The position numbers and the translations under genes were made by a program. From Styela clava (Eukaryota): a stretch of 64,000 nt of DNA. Shown piece after piece: positions 1 to 12,500 of this stretch (position 1 is its first letter; each line of letters begins with the position of its first letter). Under the pieces are notes generated by a model that made no database searches, was not told where the DNA came from, and was given only the letters and a program-made list of their open reading frames with translations. The DNA lies in NCBI RefSeq assembly GCF_964204865.1, contig NC_135262.1, forward strand, positions 2,232,001-2,296,000. The letters run 5' to 3'.

Positions 1-205
1 CTAACAATATAGGCATCATAGAAAACTAAAAATCGAATGCGGATTATATTATTCTGGGATGGCTATGTCTGATAACTATGTGTTTGCACAATAAAAGTGT
101 TTGTTTTATATTGCACTGTTTACCTATTCTTGGCCCTATTGTGACCCGCGAACAATGCAAAAATAATTTTGTGGCCCGCGAAGCCGACAACCTTGGACCA
201 CCCTG

Positions 206-2634
206 GCTTAGATTATGATGGGTTGGGTCGGGGTTCTGCAGTGGTTCCTGAACTTTTTTCCCGCGACCCCAATTTTCGTAAAAAATCAAAAATTATAGAT
301 ATTCGCGACCCCACAACAAATAAAGTACAGCATTTTCAAAAATCATTCTTTTTAATTATCTTTTCGAGAACATACGCCGGTATGTCGTCTGTGCGTTTCT
401 GGAACCTTGGTTTGTTACCGTATTGTACGTCAGCGGAAGGCGACCTCGGAAAATCTTCAAGTGACCCCACCCGGGGTCGCGACCCACAGTTTGGGAACCA
501 TTGATTCGAGGGTAATATCCAAATATTGCCCCGCTACACAGTAAAGTAGCCTTAGTTGTCCTAACCTTACCTAAAATGAACAGAATCGGAGAAAAAGGAC
601 AGAAAATATCTTTTGTATATTTCAAACAGGTGTTTATTTAATACCTGCTGCCCCACGCCTAGTTTTCTCACCCGTTTTCTGGGATTCTATTGTTTTAGTT
701 TAGGATAGAGCAGTGTTTCCCAATCTATGAGTCGCGATCAAGAGCGTATAGCCAACAAAGCCAGATAAAAGCAAATACTAATATCTAACAATATCTTAAA
801 GAATCGCTCTACAGAGGTACTTCGCTGTCGAAGTTATTCACGGCATATAAGCGCGCATTTTCAACTATAAATGATTATTGATAACAAACCAGAAAACGTT
901 CGGTTTTCCGTAAATCGTTTCATAATAGATCAAAATGGTGTTGGAAAAGACGTATGAATTTAAATCTTACTGCGAATGCCGCAAAATTGCTTCATAAAAA
1001 AATGTTGGAAATTTTTTTGAGAGGTGTGTGATGTCGGGGTAATGGTCCCTAAGCCCCTACTCACCCCACCCTCGACTACGCCCATGGGCTAGAGTGCTAT
1101 CCTGTCATTACGCTACCACCATTTTTGGATGAACCAAAAAATATTCCGATCATTTGAAAATAAAGTAGCTCAACGTCTTATTACGCCATTATACCCCCCC
1201 CCCCTCCCCATTTTGGGCTGGCTACGCTCTTGCAGTCATTACATATCACTAGATACTTGCGCAGAGACTTGTTTGAAGTAAAATGGCGTTTAAATACCTT
1301 GTATTTACTCCCGAAGTAACTTGGATTAAATTAACTCTTTTGCCACAACCTATAAGCTTAAATAAGCATACTTTTATTACGAATATCCGTTGAAATCAAC
1401 TATTATGACTAAATAATCAGCAAAATCAGAGGACACAACAAAACGCAACCGACCTCCATACCAACGGCCGAAGAAAGAGAACGAAAGATATATTTTCTCT
1501 CGGACGTGTAATGAGTGCTCGCAGTACAGACCCGGTTAAAACTGTCCCAGTTAAAGGTATGGTGAATAGCATACAGAGAAGTACAAAAATATATTAACAC
1601 AATACAAACACGGACATGGTCTGTGTCATAACCGAGATGAAATTGCGCATGAGTGAATGAAGATGGGTTATATATTACGATGCACGGGTATCAACGACAC
1701 GCTTAAGCATAAATGCTTTGATCATTGTTTTATCATAACATTGCTCCGCCTTTAACTGTATGATATATTTTTTATCCCGTTTAGCTTAGATTATGATGGG
1801 TTGGGTCGGGGTTCTGCAGTGGTTCCGAAACTTTTTTCCCGCGACCCCAATTTTCGTAAAAAATCAAAAATTATAGATATTCGCGACCCCACAACAAATA
1901 AAGTACAGCATTTTCAAAAATCATTCTTTTTAATTATCCTACCGAGAACATACGCCTGTATGTCGTCTGTGTGTTTCTGGCACCTTGGTTTGTTACCGTA
2001 TTGTACGTCAGCGGAAGGCGACCTCGGAAAATCTTCAAGTGACCCCACCCGGGGTCGCGACCCACAGTTTGGGAACCACATGGTTAGGGTACCATCTTAA
2101 TATTGCCCCACCACACAGTAACGTAGCCTTACTTGGCCCAATCTTGACTAAAATAAACTGAATTGAAAAAAAAATATCTCAAACAGGTGTTTATTTAAAG
2201 CTGGTGCGCCACGCCTAAGTCTCTGAACCGTTATTTGTTCCTCTTAGTTTAGAGCAGTGTTTCTTATAGCCTGGGTCACTTGTTCTTTCAACAAAAACCT
2301 AAGAGTTAATGATTTTATTTTTAAGTAAATTTTATCGTTTATTTTGTATTTTTTAGAGCAAAAGGCACGAATTAGCGTCGTATTACGTCATTATTCAAAA
2401 AAATCCTCCCCCCCCCCCCCAAAAAAAAAATTGCGGACTGGTTACGCTCTCGCTCATCACATATCAAAAGCTGCTTTTACAGAGTCTTGTTCAAAGTCAA
2501 TAGGCATATAAGTACTTCCTATTTACTCTCGAAGTAATTTGGATCAAATTAACTCTTTTGTCACAACCAAAAAGCTTAAATAAGCATCCTTTCATTCCGA
2601 ATTTCCGTTGAAATCAACTATTATGACTAAATAA
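206..2634. repeat. Local segmental duplication (206-1415 versus 1784-2634)
   Basis: Colinear blocks; the first ~295 bp are near-identical at offset 1578, the rest is more diverged. Confidence 0.85.
239..503. mobile_element. hAT-type MITE (duplicated at about 1817-2082)
   Basis: CAGTGGTTCC ... GGGAACCATTG termini. Confidence 0.75.
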
Positions 2635-2962
2635 ACACGTGTCGCGCTAAATAAACTTGTCAATACCATAAAAGAGAAGAGAAAAGTTTTGAACTTGTCC
2701 AACTTTGGGATTTCTATCGAAATCAAGTATTATTTGACTAAATAAACTTGTCAAAATGATAATGGAAAAAATCTTGAACTTGTCAAAGATCCCTTTCATT
2801 TGGGTTATGCGAGACTAACTTTTGGATTATGCTTGTCTGAAGAAGTCTGTACACGTTCAGATGCAGCGTTACTGGAAGTTAATTTTTGTTACCGTGCAGC
2901 ACGAATCCTGAGTCTTCAGTTTCTATACGTAACTATATTGTACTTAGTTCTGACTCCTAGAG

Positions 2963-3479
2963 CAGGGCTACTCAACTATTTTCACCAAAGGTCCGTTTAG
3001 AAAACTTCGGACATTACAGAAAATTTATTTCATTAAATAAACAAAACTTCAAATGCAATATTAAACTAGAGCTGCGTGCAGCTTTAACAGGCTTCCCGCG
3101 TAAAAAAAATTTGCGCGTAAAAAAAAATTTGCATTTTATTGCTAGCTGAGAACTTCTGCACATTTGAGGTGAATTTCAAGTTTGTAGGACCAATTTGAAA
3201 AAATAATAATAATAAATAATAATAATAATAAAACACAGGAATACAATAGGTTCCCTGCTGACAAGCAGCGGGAAGCCTAATTAAATACAAGAGCAATGAA
3301 TGGCTCACAAATATGGACACAGATATCTCACATCGGTAGCTTTGTATTTAAATTGTATCAAAATCATCTAAAACTTTAAAACAATGCTTATAATGCCAAA
3401 ATATACAAGCAGACGCGGTTCAAATTAAATTGTCGAAAGGTCCGGATTCGGACCGCGGTCCGCCAGTTGAGTAGCCTTG
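2963..3479. mobile_element. hAT-type MITE interrupted by a Helentron-type element (related copy 7754-8134)
   Basis: CAGGGCTACTCAAC ... GTTGAGTAGCCTTG; the 7754-8134 copy is flanked by CTCTAGGA / CTCTAGGC. Confidence 0.75.
3064..3280 (-). mobile_element. Helentron/DINE-1-type non-autonomous element
   Basis: Subterminal inverted repeat AGGCTTCCCGC (3089-3099) / GCGGGAAGCCT (3268-3278); hairpin AGCTGC-GT-GCAGCT at 3070-3083 followed by CTAG-TT on the - strand; internal (AAT)n. Confidence 0.75.
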
Positions 3480-6400
3480 TCCTTGCTAGAGTATGAATGT
3501 GTTGTGAAAAATATCTGATGAAAAGAGATGTCTGTCAAACTAAACCAAAAGAGCAATGCTCAAAAATATGGACACAAAAGTCATCAAGAAGCAGTACAGG
3601 CTCCAACCATTCACAGACTTTGTCTTCTAGACCTTGACAGATCACTCGAAAGCAATGATCGCGAACGCGAACTGTCACAAAGTGTGCAATTTTCAATATT
3701 GAGTCACACAAAAAATTGCTCAAAGCAAGGTCACACGCACTTACTTAGAAGTGAAGGAGATTAATATCTGGGCAAAGTTACAGACATTCACAGAAGTGCC
3801 AAGAGCTACTAAGATTTATAGAAATATAGCATAAAAGCTCAAACTAGTTTTCCATTTCTTGTTCAATCTTTATTGAATATTAAGCTGTGAAGCGCACAAC
3901 TCGCGCTAGATTTTGGTACAGTTCGAACGTTTATATTTTTACTTATTCTGTATTACAGTATTGCTAAGTAAATAATATAAGTGATTAAATACAACATCGA
4001 GCCATGCTCAGATGCAGCGTTACAGAAATTCATTTGTGTTAGTGTGCAGCAAAACTTATGAATGACATACCGGTATAATTGAAGGTTCCATTACATTTGA
4101 ACCCACGTACATTTGAACCCATGACAATTGCACCTGCATACTATTGCACCTATGGAAATTTTGTTGTTGTACGGATAGTTGAACCCATACTAACCCTAGT
4201 TAGTACCCAAAAAGTTGAAAACATATAGTGTTAAACTGTTTCACTCGAGTTTGGCGGGTCATATTAAATCGTTACGTAATTGGCCCGCGGGCCCCGGTTT
4301 GGGGACCCCTGCTGTGGACATTGATGAAATTTCTCTGATTTTAAACTTCATAGGAAAGTCTTGATGGCAATTTCCATCTCCACGTTTTATATTGCTGTGT
4401 ATTACAGTGTTTTCAAAATATTCCAAGTATGTATTTTGTCATGGCCGTTTTTTTTAAGTTGCTTATGTTATGTCTAGGTACGTTTCATTTTTAAATGAAT
4501 GTTTTTTGAGTCACAGATGGTAAATATAGAGTGCGATATTATAATATGCTTAAAATACAGCAAATTTGATACATGTTATATTTTTGAACAGTGATTTCAA
4601 AGTACGACTGAAAAAAGTTCTATGTATTCACATGTTTTTAGTTTGGATGTGATTTGCTTGATTCCTTGTAAATTGATGAGCAGGCCCATGAGATGTCTCG
4701 CGTTTTGTACTTCGGTTATAAGTCTTGCTTGTAGTCCAGTGTTTTGTTTTTATGTTAGTGTGTGTGTTTCGGAGTTTTCAAAATAATCTACCTATGTACA
4801 TAGCACATAGCCCCCCCCCCCGCAAAAAAATCCTACATATTATAAATGCAATTTTGCGGCATTCGCAGAAGTAAGAAGACAAGTAAGTCTGTAGAGAGAT
4901 TTGCTCCCTCCTTAAAAATTGCGGCTCGATACGCTCTTGTGTATGTATATTTTATCATCGCGGGAGTTTTCTGGGTACGTTTCACTAATAAAAGAATCTG
5001 TTCCCGTTGTATTTCTAGTACGATATGAAATTGCGCCTAAAATAGAGAGAAATATATATATATAAATAATGTTTGTTTAGCGAGATTTCTCGCGCTATTA
5101 AACTTTATTTGAAGTCTTGCTCGCTCCCCCGAATTTATATAAAAGTGTGTATTCCAGGGTTTTCAAAATAAACTGTGGATGTATATTTCTATTATTGCCA
5201 GTATTTTGCCTCCATAACCGTGAATTTACTGTTTTGGTATGTTTCGCAATCAAAAGAATGTCTTTCGAGCCCCAGAATATACATAGAACTATATTGAAGC
5301 ACAATATTATTTGCTATGTTTTCACGGCACCGGCTAATCTGATTAGAATCCAAAATAGTACAGAAGTCAGACAAGAGCGCGTGGGTGAAAGTATATGTCA
5401 AAATAAATTGTGATTCATCCAGGTGTCGAAATATATGAAAAATGTTGGCGTTCCAGAAGTGTGCGTACCAATATGGAGGTAACTAATTTTGTTCGCCTGC
5501 TTTTCATCAAGTTGTGTGAATGGACTAAAACCTACGGGCAGGGGGTATATTCACCTGGCTAACACAGACAGTCCCCGAACTCGTAGTAGAACTAAAAAAG
5601 GGAAAATCGGAATGGAATAGCCCTAACCTCAACCTGGTACACACACTACGGGAGTACCAAAATTTTAAAGCAGTGGTTCCCAAACTGTGCGTTGCAAGAT
5701 ATTTCGAAAATGTCGCGAAATTTTAATGCTTTGCTTAAAAACTTATTTCTTATTTTTCCACATTCAGAACTTATGATAATCAAAACGTTTCAACTTATCG
5801 TTGACGGGAAAGTACAACTCGCGGTGTTAGAAATAAATTGAATTGTATGAAAAATTTAGTATGGATATGGGGATTTATAGTAGACGATTATAAGACCTTT
5901 TTGTAGAAATGTATAAGACTTGAGAGAATAATTTAGTCTAGCTTCTGAACTGTTACTGCTGGTTAATTTCGTGTGCGTTGCGAAAAATCAATCCTATGCC
6001 TAAAAGACCTATTTCTTATTTATTCAAATTCTGAACTTCAGAAAATGATTAAGATTGTTAAAATTAACGTTGAGATAGAAGTATGAGTGGCAGTATCGAA
6101 TATTCACGTGCGTTATGACAGTGATTTGCAGCCAGGTTTCTGCGCACCCAGGGGTTCCTGTTCAAAAATTCAAGAGTCTATATTACTATGTATATTGGGG
6201 GCTCCCGAAGTATGCGAACCAAGATGGCGGACATCGGAATGTAATATGTGTACTAGGTTAGGGTTAGGCTATAATTTTAGATATAAATACTACGGGAGGC
6301 TCTTGGCTAGTAATAATAACTAACTAAAATAAGGAAAATTGGAAAGAAATTATCGCCTAACCCTAACCTGTTACCCATGTTACGTTCCGATGTCCGCCAT

Positions 6401-8502
6401 CTTGGTCCGCATACTTCGGGAGCACCCAATGGTCTTTGGATTAAACTTTAAACATAATTTAAACATAATCAAATATATATTGGGGGATCTGTGAACAAGC
6501 CGACGTGTATGTTGTGCGTAATACTTACCAAGGGTCCCCAGAAATATTGAAAACGGCGTTTTTATAGAAAAAGGAGAAAGGAATAAAAAGATCCAAACAG
6601 GCAAAGTGAGGAAGATATAAAAAAAAAAAAATTTAATCTTCTGTACAAAACCTTCGTCACTACTACAGAAATGAAAGATTTGGAAAAAACCTTTTTTTTT
6701 ACTATTACGGGGAAATCCAATGCCTTTGAACGACTTAATGAATTTTTATTGCTTTCCAAGTATCCATTTAAATGTCGATCAGAAAATACACAATAAAGCC
6801 TGACTGGATCTTATCTTTGTTTTTCTCTTATTGGGCACGAAATGTACATATGAATCGTTTTTATTCAAAAACATTTTCTGTGTGATGACGTCATTAAATT
6901 AAAAATTGCGCACCCTGTGGCGGCTCCGCCTTCGCGTTAGCGATCTTCTGGTCCGGTGAAGTCGTGAACATTGAGGTACCGTGTCGATAGGCTACCGTGA
7001 CAGACTGTATAACCGTACTACTTTGTGTACATATATTTGAGCATAGCTCTCTTGTATTCATGTATTTTTGCAATCTCAAATCTAGATTAGAAATAATCGC
7101 GTGTATTTTCACTTGTATTCATGTGTTATCACTCGTATCCATGTAAAACCTCGTTTGAAAAGTATCACATTGAGTTTTACAATAATATTCCATCTCACAA
7201 TGTGAGTTCGTCCATAAGCTAGTTTCATGACTAATACTCAAACCTTATTTGGTGTTTTGGCAATTTTATTATTTTTTGTACCGCACCGTGGTACAGACCA
7301 AAATAAATTATCATATCTATCTATTTTTTATGAAATAACGAGTTTTTAATCATTTTTCGTTCGGAACAGGATTAAGGCAATAATTATTATCAAATCCCAA
7401 GTCAGTTATCAGTCCCTCAATGACGTCACAGAGCTCTTTTGTGACCTTGCAATTGACGTTTGAAAGTAATCAAGAAAATGCTTATTAAATCAATAATACG
7501 TTGGGTTATCATATCGCCATGTTTGGACGAGCTTGAAAATGTTTTTTTATGCCCTTCATCCGTCGCAAACGATTACTTGATAGGTTAATCGATTTTTCTT
7601 TGAGCTTCGGGAATTGCATGTTTTAGATGGATTGGCTTTTAAGAAAATGCAGAGAGCAGGAGAGTCCAACTCATCAGAATACTGAATGCACGTTAGGTGT
7701 TGCTGCGCTCATTTCGAATGTTTATTCTACCGGGTTTTCGCGGTACTCTAGGACAGGGCTACTCAACCAGCGGACCGCGGTCCAGATCCGGACCTTTTGA
7801 GTAGTCGATTTGGACCGCACCTGATTCTTTCTTTTAGATTGAGCAATAGCGCTATTATATTTTGATATGTTAAAGTTTCCCTTCATTGAATAACTTTTAT
7901 TTATAGTTTTAAAATTAGTTTAACCATTTTCTCATATTTGCATCAAACTATATATAGGAAAAGAACTGTGATCTGGTGATGACTTGTGGTTACTCAATTT
8001 CACATGAATTTTTTTCGTTGCCTCTCTGATCTTAATTCAGACTTACTGTAAAATATATTTTTTTAAAAAACTGGACCCCGCAAGTTTTGGAGTTTTGTAC
8101 ACGAACTTTTAGTAAAAATAGTTGAATAGTGCTGCTCTAGGCTCTGACAGTGCAGACCAGAGGTTTCAGAAGTTTTGATTCAAATCTGAGTGTCAATGGT
8201 ATTATATGTATATTGTTTAAATATAACCAAACACATATAAGGTTTTCCATTATTATTGAACATGCTATACTTTTATAATTTAGTTTTGCCTGCTTTTATA
8301 TATATTTATATTTCATACAAATGCAGGCAATGAAAGACAGTTAAAATATTCCTCAAGGGTTTCTCTTCCCTCTGGAATGTTTCATTTGGAGTTTCGCTTC
8401 TCCAAATAGGTTGAAAGCTACTGTTTTAACCTTATAGATAAGAGAACCGACCCAAGCATTTCAGCTCGGGTTCTCCGTGTACAACTGTTAAGCACACTTT
8501 TA

Positions 8503-8612
8503 AGTACTCCTGAAGTGTGCGCACCAAGATATCGCACAACCTGAACCTTAACCTGGTACACAACCTGAGTTCAGGCTGTGCGCCATCTTGGTGCGCATAC
8601 TTCAGGAGGTCC
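8503..8612. mobile_element. Family A short variant, about 110 bp (also 17918-18027 and 59477-59585)
   Basis: Near-perfect hairpin; TSDs CACTTTTA (perfect), ACAAAATT / ACAAAATC, AACAAAAA (perfect). Confidence 0.85.
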
Positions 8613-8734
8613 CACTTTTAGATAGATTACGCAGATAAGAATAGATAGTAAGATATCCATTCCATTCGCTTCCCTTCAAATCCGAGAGCCTGTATTATTA
8701 AACTGTATACTTTAAATACTATCATACTTTAAAG

Positions 8735-9124
8735 CAGGGGTTCCCAAACCAGGGGACGCGACCCCAAATTGGGTCGGAGTGATAAGTAGGTAGGGTTGCA
8801 AACAGGTCATGGGGTCGCTGAGGTATAGTGGAAGATGAATGTACAAAACATCCATGATAAATTTAGCAGTTTGTAGCATGGCTTACTGTAAAACAGGCCC
8901 ATAGGCATCGCTCTATGCTTATGCTATAGGAAATGTAGGTGCTTATTGCGACATCACTGATTGGTTTTAGCTCATTTTACTCAATATCACCACATGACCA
9001 AACTCAAACGTTCAGTGAAAGAAGCTCTAAAGTTTCATTAAAAATATATATATTGACCTGGGGTCGCACTGGTCACTTAAAATTTGTCTTTGGGATCGTC
9101 CTGAAAAGAGCTTGGGAACCCCTG
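8735..9124. mobile_element. hAT-type MITE (first element of a triple stack)
   Basis: TIRs CAGGGGTTCCCAA / TTGGGAACCCCTG; flanks CTTTAAAG / CTTTGAAG. Confidence 0.85.
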
Positions 9125-9132
9125 CTTTGAAG

Positions 9133-9583
9133 CAGGGGTGTGCAACCTTTTTTATTGGCGGGCCAAATACACGTAAATGGGTGAAGCCGCGGGCCGCACC
9201 TTTTTTTAATTTTGGCTTTCTGGTAGTTGCAAGCACAAAAATTGCCTATATTTGCTATTGATCTTACGGCATTATTAGGGGTTCTTGCAGAAATAGTAGA
9301 TTTAAAACGCATAAACTTCTGAAGAAACTGCTATTTAACTTTTTTTTCACACCGACTTCAAACGAATGCAGTGAGAAACACGTTTTTGTAATATAAATCG
9401 TGTATTTTGCAACAGAATTTTGCTAGCTTGTTTTGCTAATATGACTGGTATGGGCTTTGCGACGAAAAAGAATACATACTTGTTTTGCGGGTACACCATT
9501 CGAAATTGTTATTTCTCCGCGGGCCGCACAATTTCTTCTTGCGGGCCGCATTTGGCCCGGGGGCCGCAGTTTGCACACCCCTG
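9133..9583. mobile_element. hAT-type MITE (second of the stack; near-identical copy at 35597-36065)
   Basis: TIRs CAGGGGTGTGCAA / TTGCACACCCCTG; flanks CTTTGAAG / CTTTAAAG. Confidence 0.9.
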
Positions 9584-11104
9584 CTTTAAAGCATTGATAC
9601 TTAAACTGCGGGGCGTACCCCCCTCGTGGGGCGTAGACAATTTTTTGAGGGGGCGTGAAGCTAATTAAAAATAAAAATATTAGCTAGATTTGATCTTGCC
9701 GCGTTATTTTGGATATTTAAACATTTCTATATTTTGTATATTTACGTTCCATTCATGTCTTTTCAACGAGTTTCGAATAAAACATACTTTCGCTTTCTGT
9801 TATTTGTGGCTTAACGTTAGCTAGTTATTTTTGAGGTGAGACGCGAGAGAGATAAGTTTGGTCCCGTTACAACCGTTAAGCATCACAGATAGTAAGATAT
9901 CAGAGCCTACATTGTTATTTTGACGCTTTGGTCTGGTTTTAGATAGTTTATGTTGATAAGTATAGGTTCTATATATCATTGTATGTATATCATGGTTTCC
10001 ATTCCCAATCAACAGAAACCTTGCAGCACACCGACATATATATAGGAAATATAAGGCCTTACTTTCATAGCAAAATATCAGCAAGTATAGCCTAATCGTG
10101 TTAGGAATACCTTTACCTAGATTCGTAAATAATAAAAAAAAAAAGATGGTACTATTGAACGTATATTGTGTTGTATATTTATATTCATCACCTTTATAAT
10201 AACGTGTATATGTAATATGAAATGCTAGCAAAGTCCTGAGCCATTCTTTAAATGCTTATTTAGGCTGGCTGGCTTTTGCCTCAGATTTTGGCATTGCTGA
10301 TAACTTGGGGAAAATCACTAAAATCATTCACTATTGTAAAACAAATAATAATAATAAATCCCCTATGGAATATAACTGAGTTGTCAAATAGATTGGACTT
10401 CTATAGCAAGTATTCGTGCAATACTTTTAAACTGATAGTATACTGGTGAATGAGATCTGCGGCGAATAAAGGTAGCATTGCGGTCGTTTGAGAGGGTGAC
10501 CATACATTTGAATCCACGTACATTTGAACCCATGTGTATATCCGCGGGTTCAATCTAAATGCATGTGCAATTGTCGTGGGTTCAAATGTACGGGAACCGT
10601 TTGAGAGACTAAACAACCAAATTCATATATTTGACGCGGCAGACATTTTTTCCACTATGTATCAAGACTATTTACCACAATATGATATCCGTTTTCATTT
10701 AGTCTTGTTTGCGCATCCTTGAGAATGTCGGATACGCTGAAATTAGAGAATATTTCCCGTAATCCTAATTGGCAATGAATTCCAGAATTTGACTGATTAT
10801 AACCAAATTCATACCGGCATGGCTTTGTCACACCGTGAAAGATAATTAAATTACCTAATTGATTGAGTTTTCAATTTTTCAGTCTTTAGGAGAATCCAAA
10901 AACGCATTTTCGGCCCCGGGCTTAATCTTAAACTATGCAAGCAGGCCATTTCAGGCAAGTTTTAAAATTTGAATCGAAAGTTTCTGACTCGACGTGGTTT
11001 TATAACAGTTGGCGCAGTTATGATCCAGAATCAATAAGATACAATAGTGAAAAAGTTAGCGCTGTGACTGTTTGACGTGAAACGAGATTAAACAAACCGA
11101 AGTT

Positions 11105-11296
11105 AAGAGACGCCGGTGCGAGAGGATTGCTGGACTCCTCACCGCGGTAGGGTGGTTCACGTAACCGCTGGTAGGTTACGGCTTTCTCCACCATCAATCA
11201 AGATCATGCATCTGAAGACAAATAACTGGCTTACCAATCACATACCAGGCATGAACTGGTATCCGGATGAGAGGCCGTGCTTCGCCATATGATTAA
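11105..11296 (+). mobile_element. SINE-like repeat fragment (related pieces at about 20300-20415 on + and about 30470-30580 on -)
   Basis: Shared core CAAATAACTGGC...ACTGGTAACCGGACGAGAGGCCGTGGTTCGCCATATGATTAA in three places and both orientations; no TIRs. Confidence 0.65.
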
Positions 11297-12017
11297 TATG
11301 TGGAAATAGTGTGACGCTCGCTTGCGCCAGCGCCTACACGACGTTACCGCTAAATTCATAGAACTGTTTTCAAAGCTCCCGACTCATTTCCCAATAGACG
11401 ACCAACGAAAACCGCATCGAGACGACAAGGCACCGCATTCCCATTCCAAGAAAAAACGATTCTGAATTCAGCCGTTTTGTTTAAAATTCAGATTTGCCTT
11501 TGCCACTAGACAGCCGCTTTGGATCAATTATTCGTCGGGAGCATTTGGCTTTGCTACGGCGAAATGTTAGAATGTGTGTAATATTAGAGAGCAGTACACC
11601 CGTGGAAGATTTGCGATAACGGATTTGAAGTAAGTGCTTGCAAGGATTCAGTGATAAGTTCTGGGTTGAGAGAGATATGAAACTTTGAGAAAATGGTCAG
11701 AGTAAGCATATGAAGTGGGATTGATGTTCTGGGCTAGGAAATATATGAAACTGAAAACAAGTAAACACCGACCCTCAACTTGAACGCTCAATATAGTTAG
11801 ATTTAGGCGAAACTTTTACCTCACGGTATCCAATCGTTTTATTCATAAAAATATATGAAAACATAAGCGGAATAGACATAAATGTTTCAATCAAACATTT
11901 ATATATCTAAGCGGACACTCGAATGTCAGCGGCACCTGCATGTGAATTGATAATTGCGCTGCCGCTGCCAGGCTTATTCAGCGTACAAAAGTAACCAACT
12001 TTGAAATAAGCTATATT

Positions 12018-12500
12018 CAGGGATTCCATACCGACCTTATTTCTAAGATTTGTCCTTATTTTTGGCATATTTTTAGCTTGCATCCTTATTTTTGGCTTGC
12101 GCGTCCTTATTTTGTCATATTTGGACTTCATAAAGGAAGCTTTGTGTAGTTTGTCTTATAGCCAAAGCTTTATTGTGGCATCGTATAAGCAGCATAATCT
12201 TATTTGGAACACAAAGAAGCAAGGCACAGATAGACATGAAGCGTTGTTAGTGTGGCAATCCTTAGATTTTGTCGTGGTGGTGGTTATTTTAGCCTAAATT
12301 TAAAAATGAGCAAACGTAAAACGTTTTTCGTGGTGAGTACGGGAAAGAATTTTAAAAGTTAAACGAAGTGCTTCGCACACTGTGACGTCTGTAATTGTGA
12401 CATTAACCTGGAGGCCATAGGAAAGCCAGCTATTTCTGCTCACAATGCAGAAATATTTCCAGTCGTCCCTATTTTGGGTTCCAGGTCGATGGAATCCCTG
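12018..12500 (+). mobile_element. Internally deleted hAT element retaining a transposase N-terminal BED-finger-like fragment
   Basis: TIRs CAGGGATTCCAT / ATGGAATCCCTG; perfect TSD GCTATATT; about 12363-12449 reads TKCFAHCDVCNCDINLEAIGKPAISAHNA. Confidence 0.85.

Noticed and set aside
1409-1597. Stop-free + strand frame (RTQQNATDLHTNGRRKR...) with an AAG|GTATGG donor near 1556
   Set aside because: The acceptor lacks a pyrimidine tract, no partner exons or homology are recognisable; cannot be supported.
169-2100. Near-identical ORFs 169-504 and 1801-2100
   Set aside because: Both lie in a duplicated hAT MITE; not transposase-like.
11299-11790. Possible solo LTR truncating the SINE fragment
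   Set aside because: Starts with TG and has distinct composition, but I found no convincing CA end with a matching TSD.
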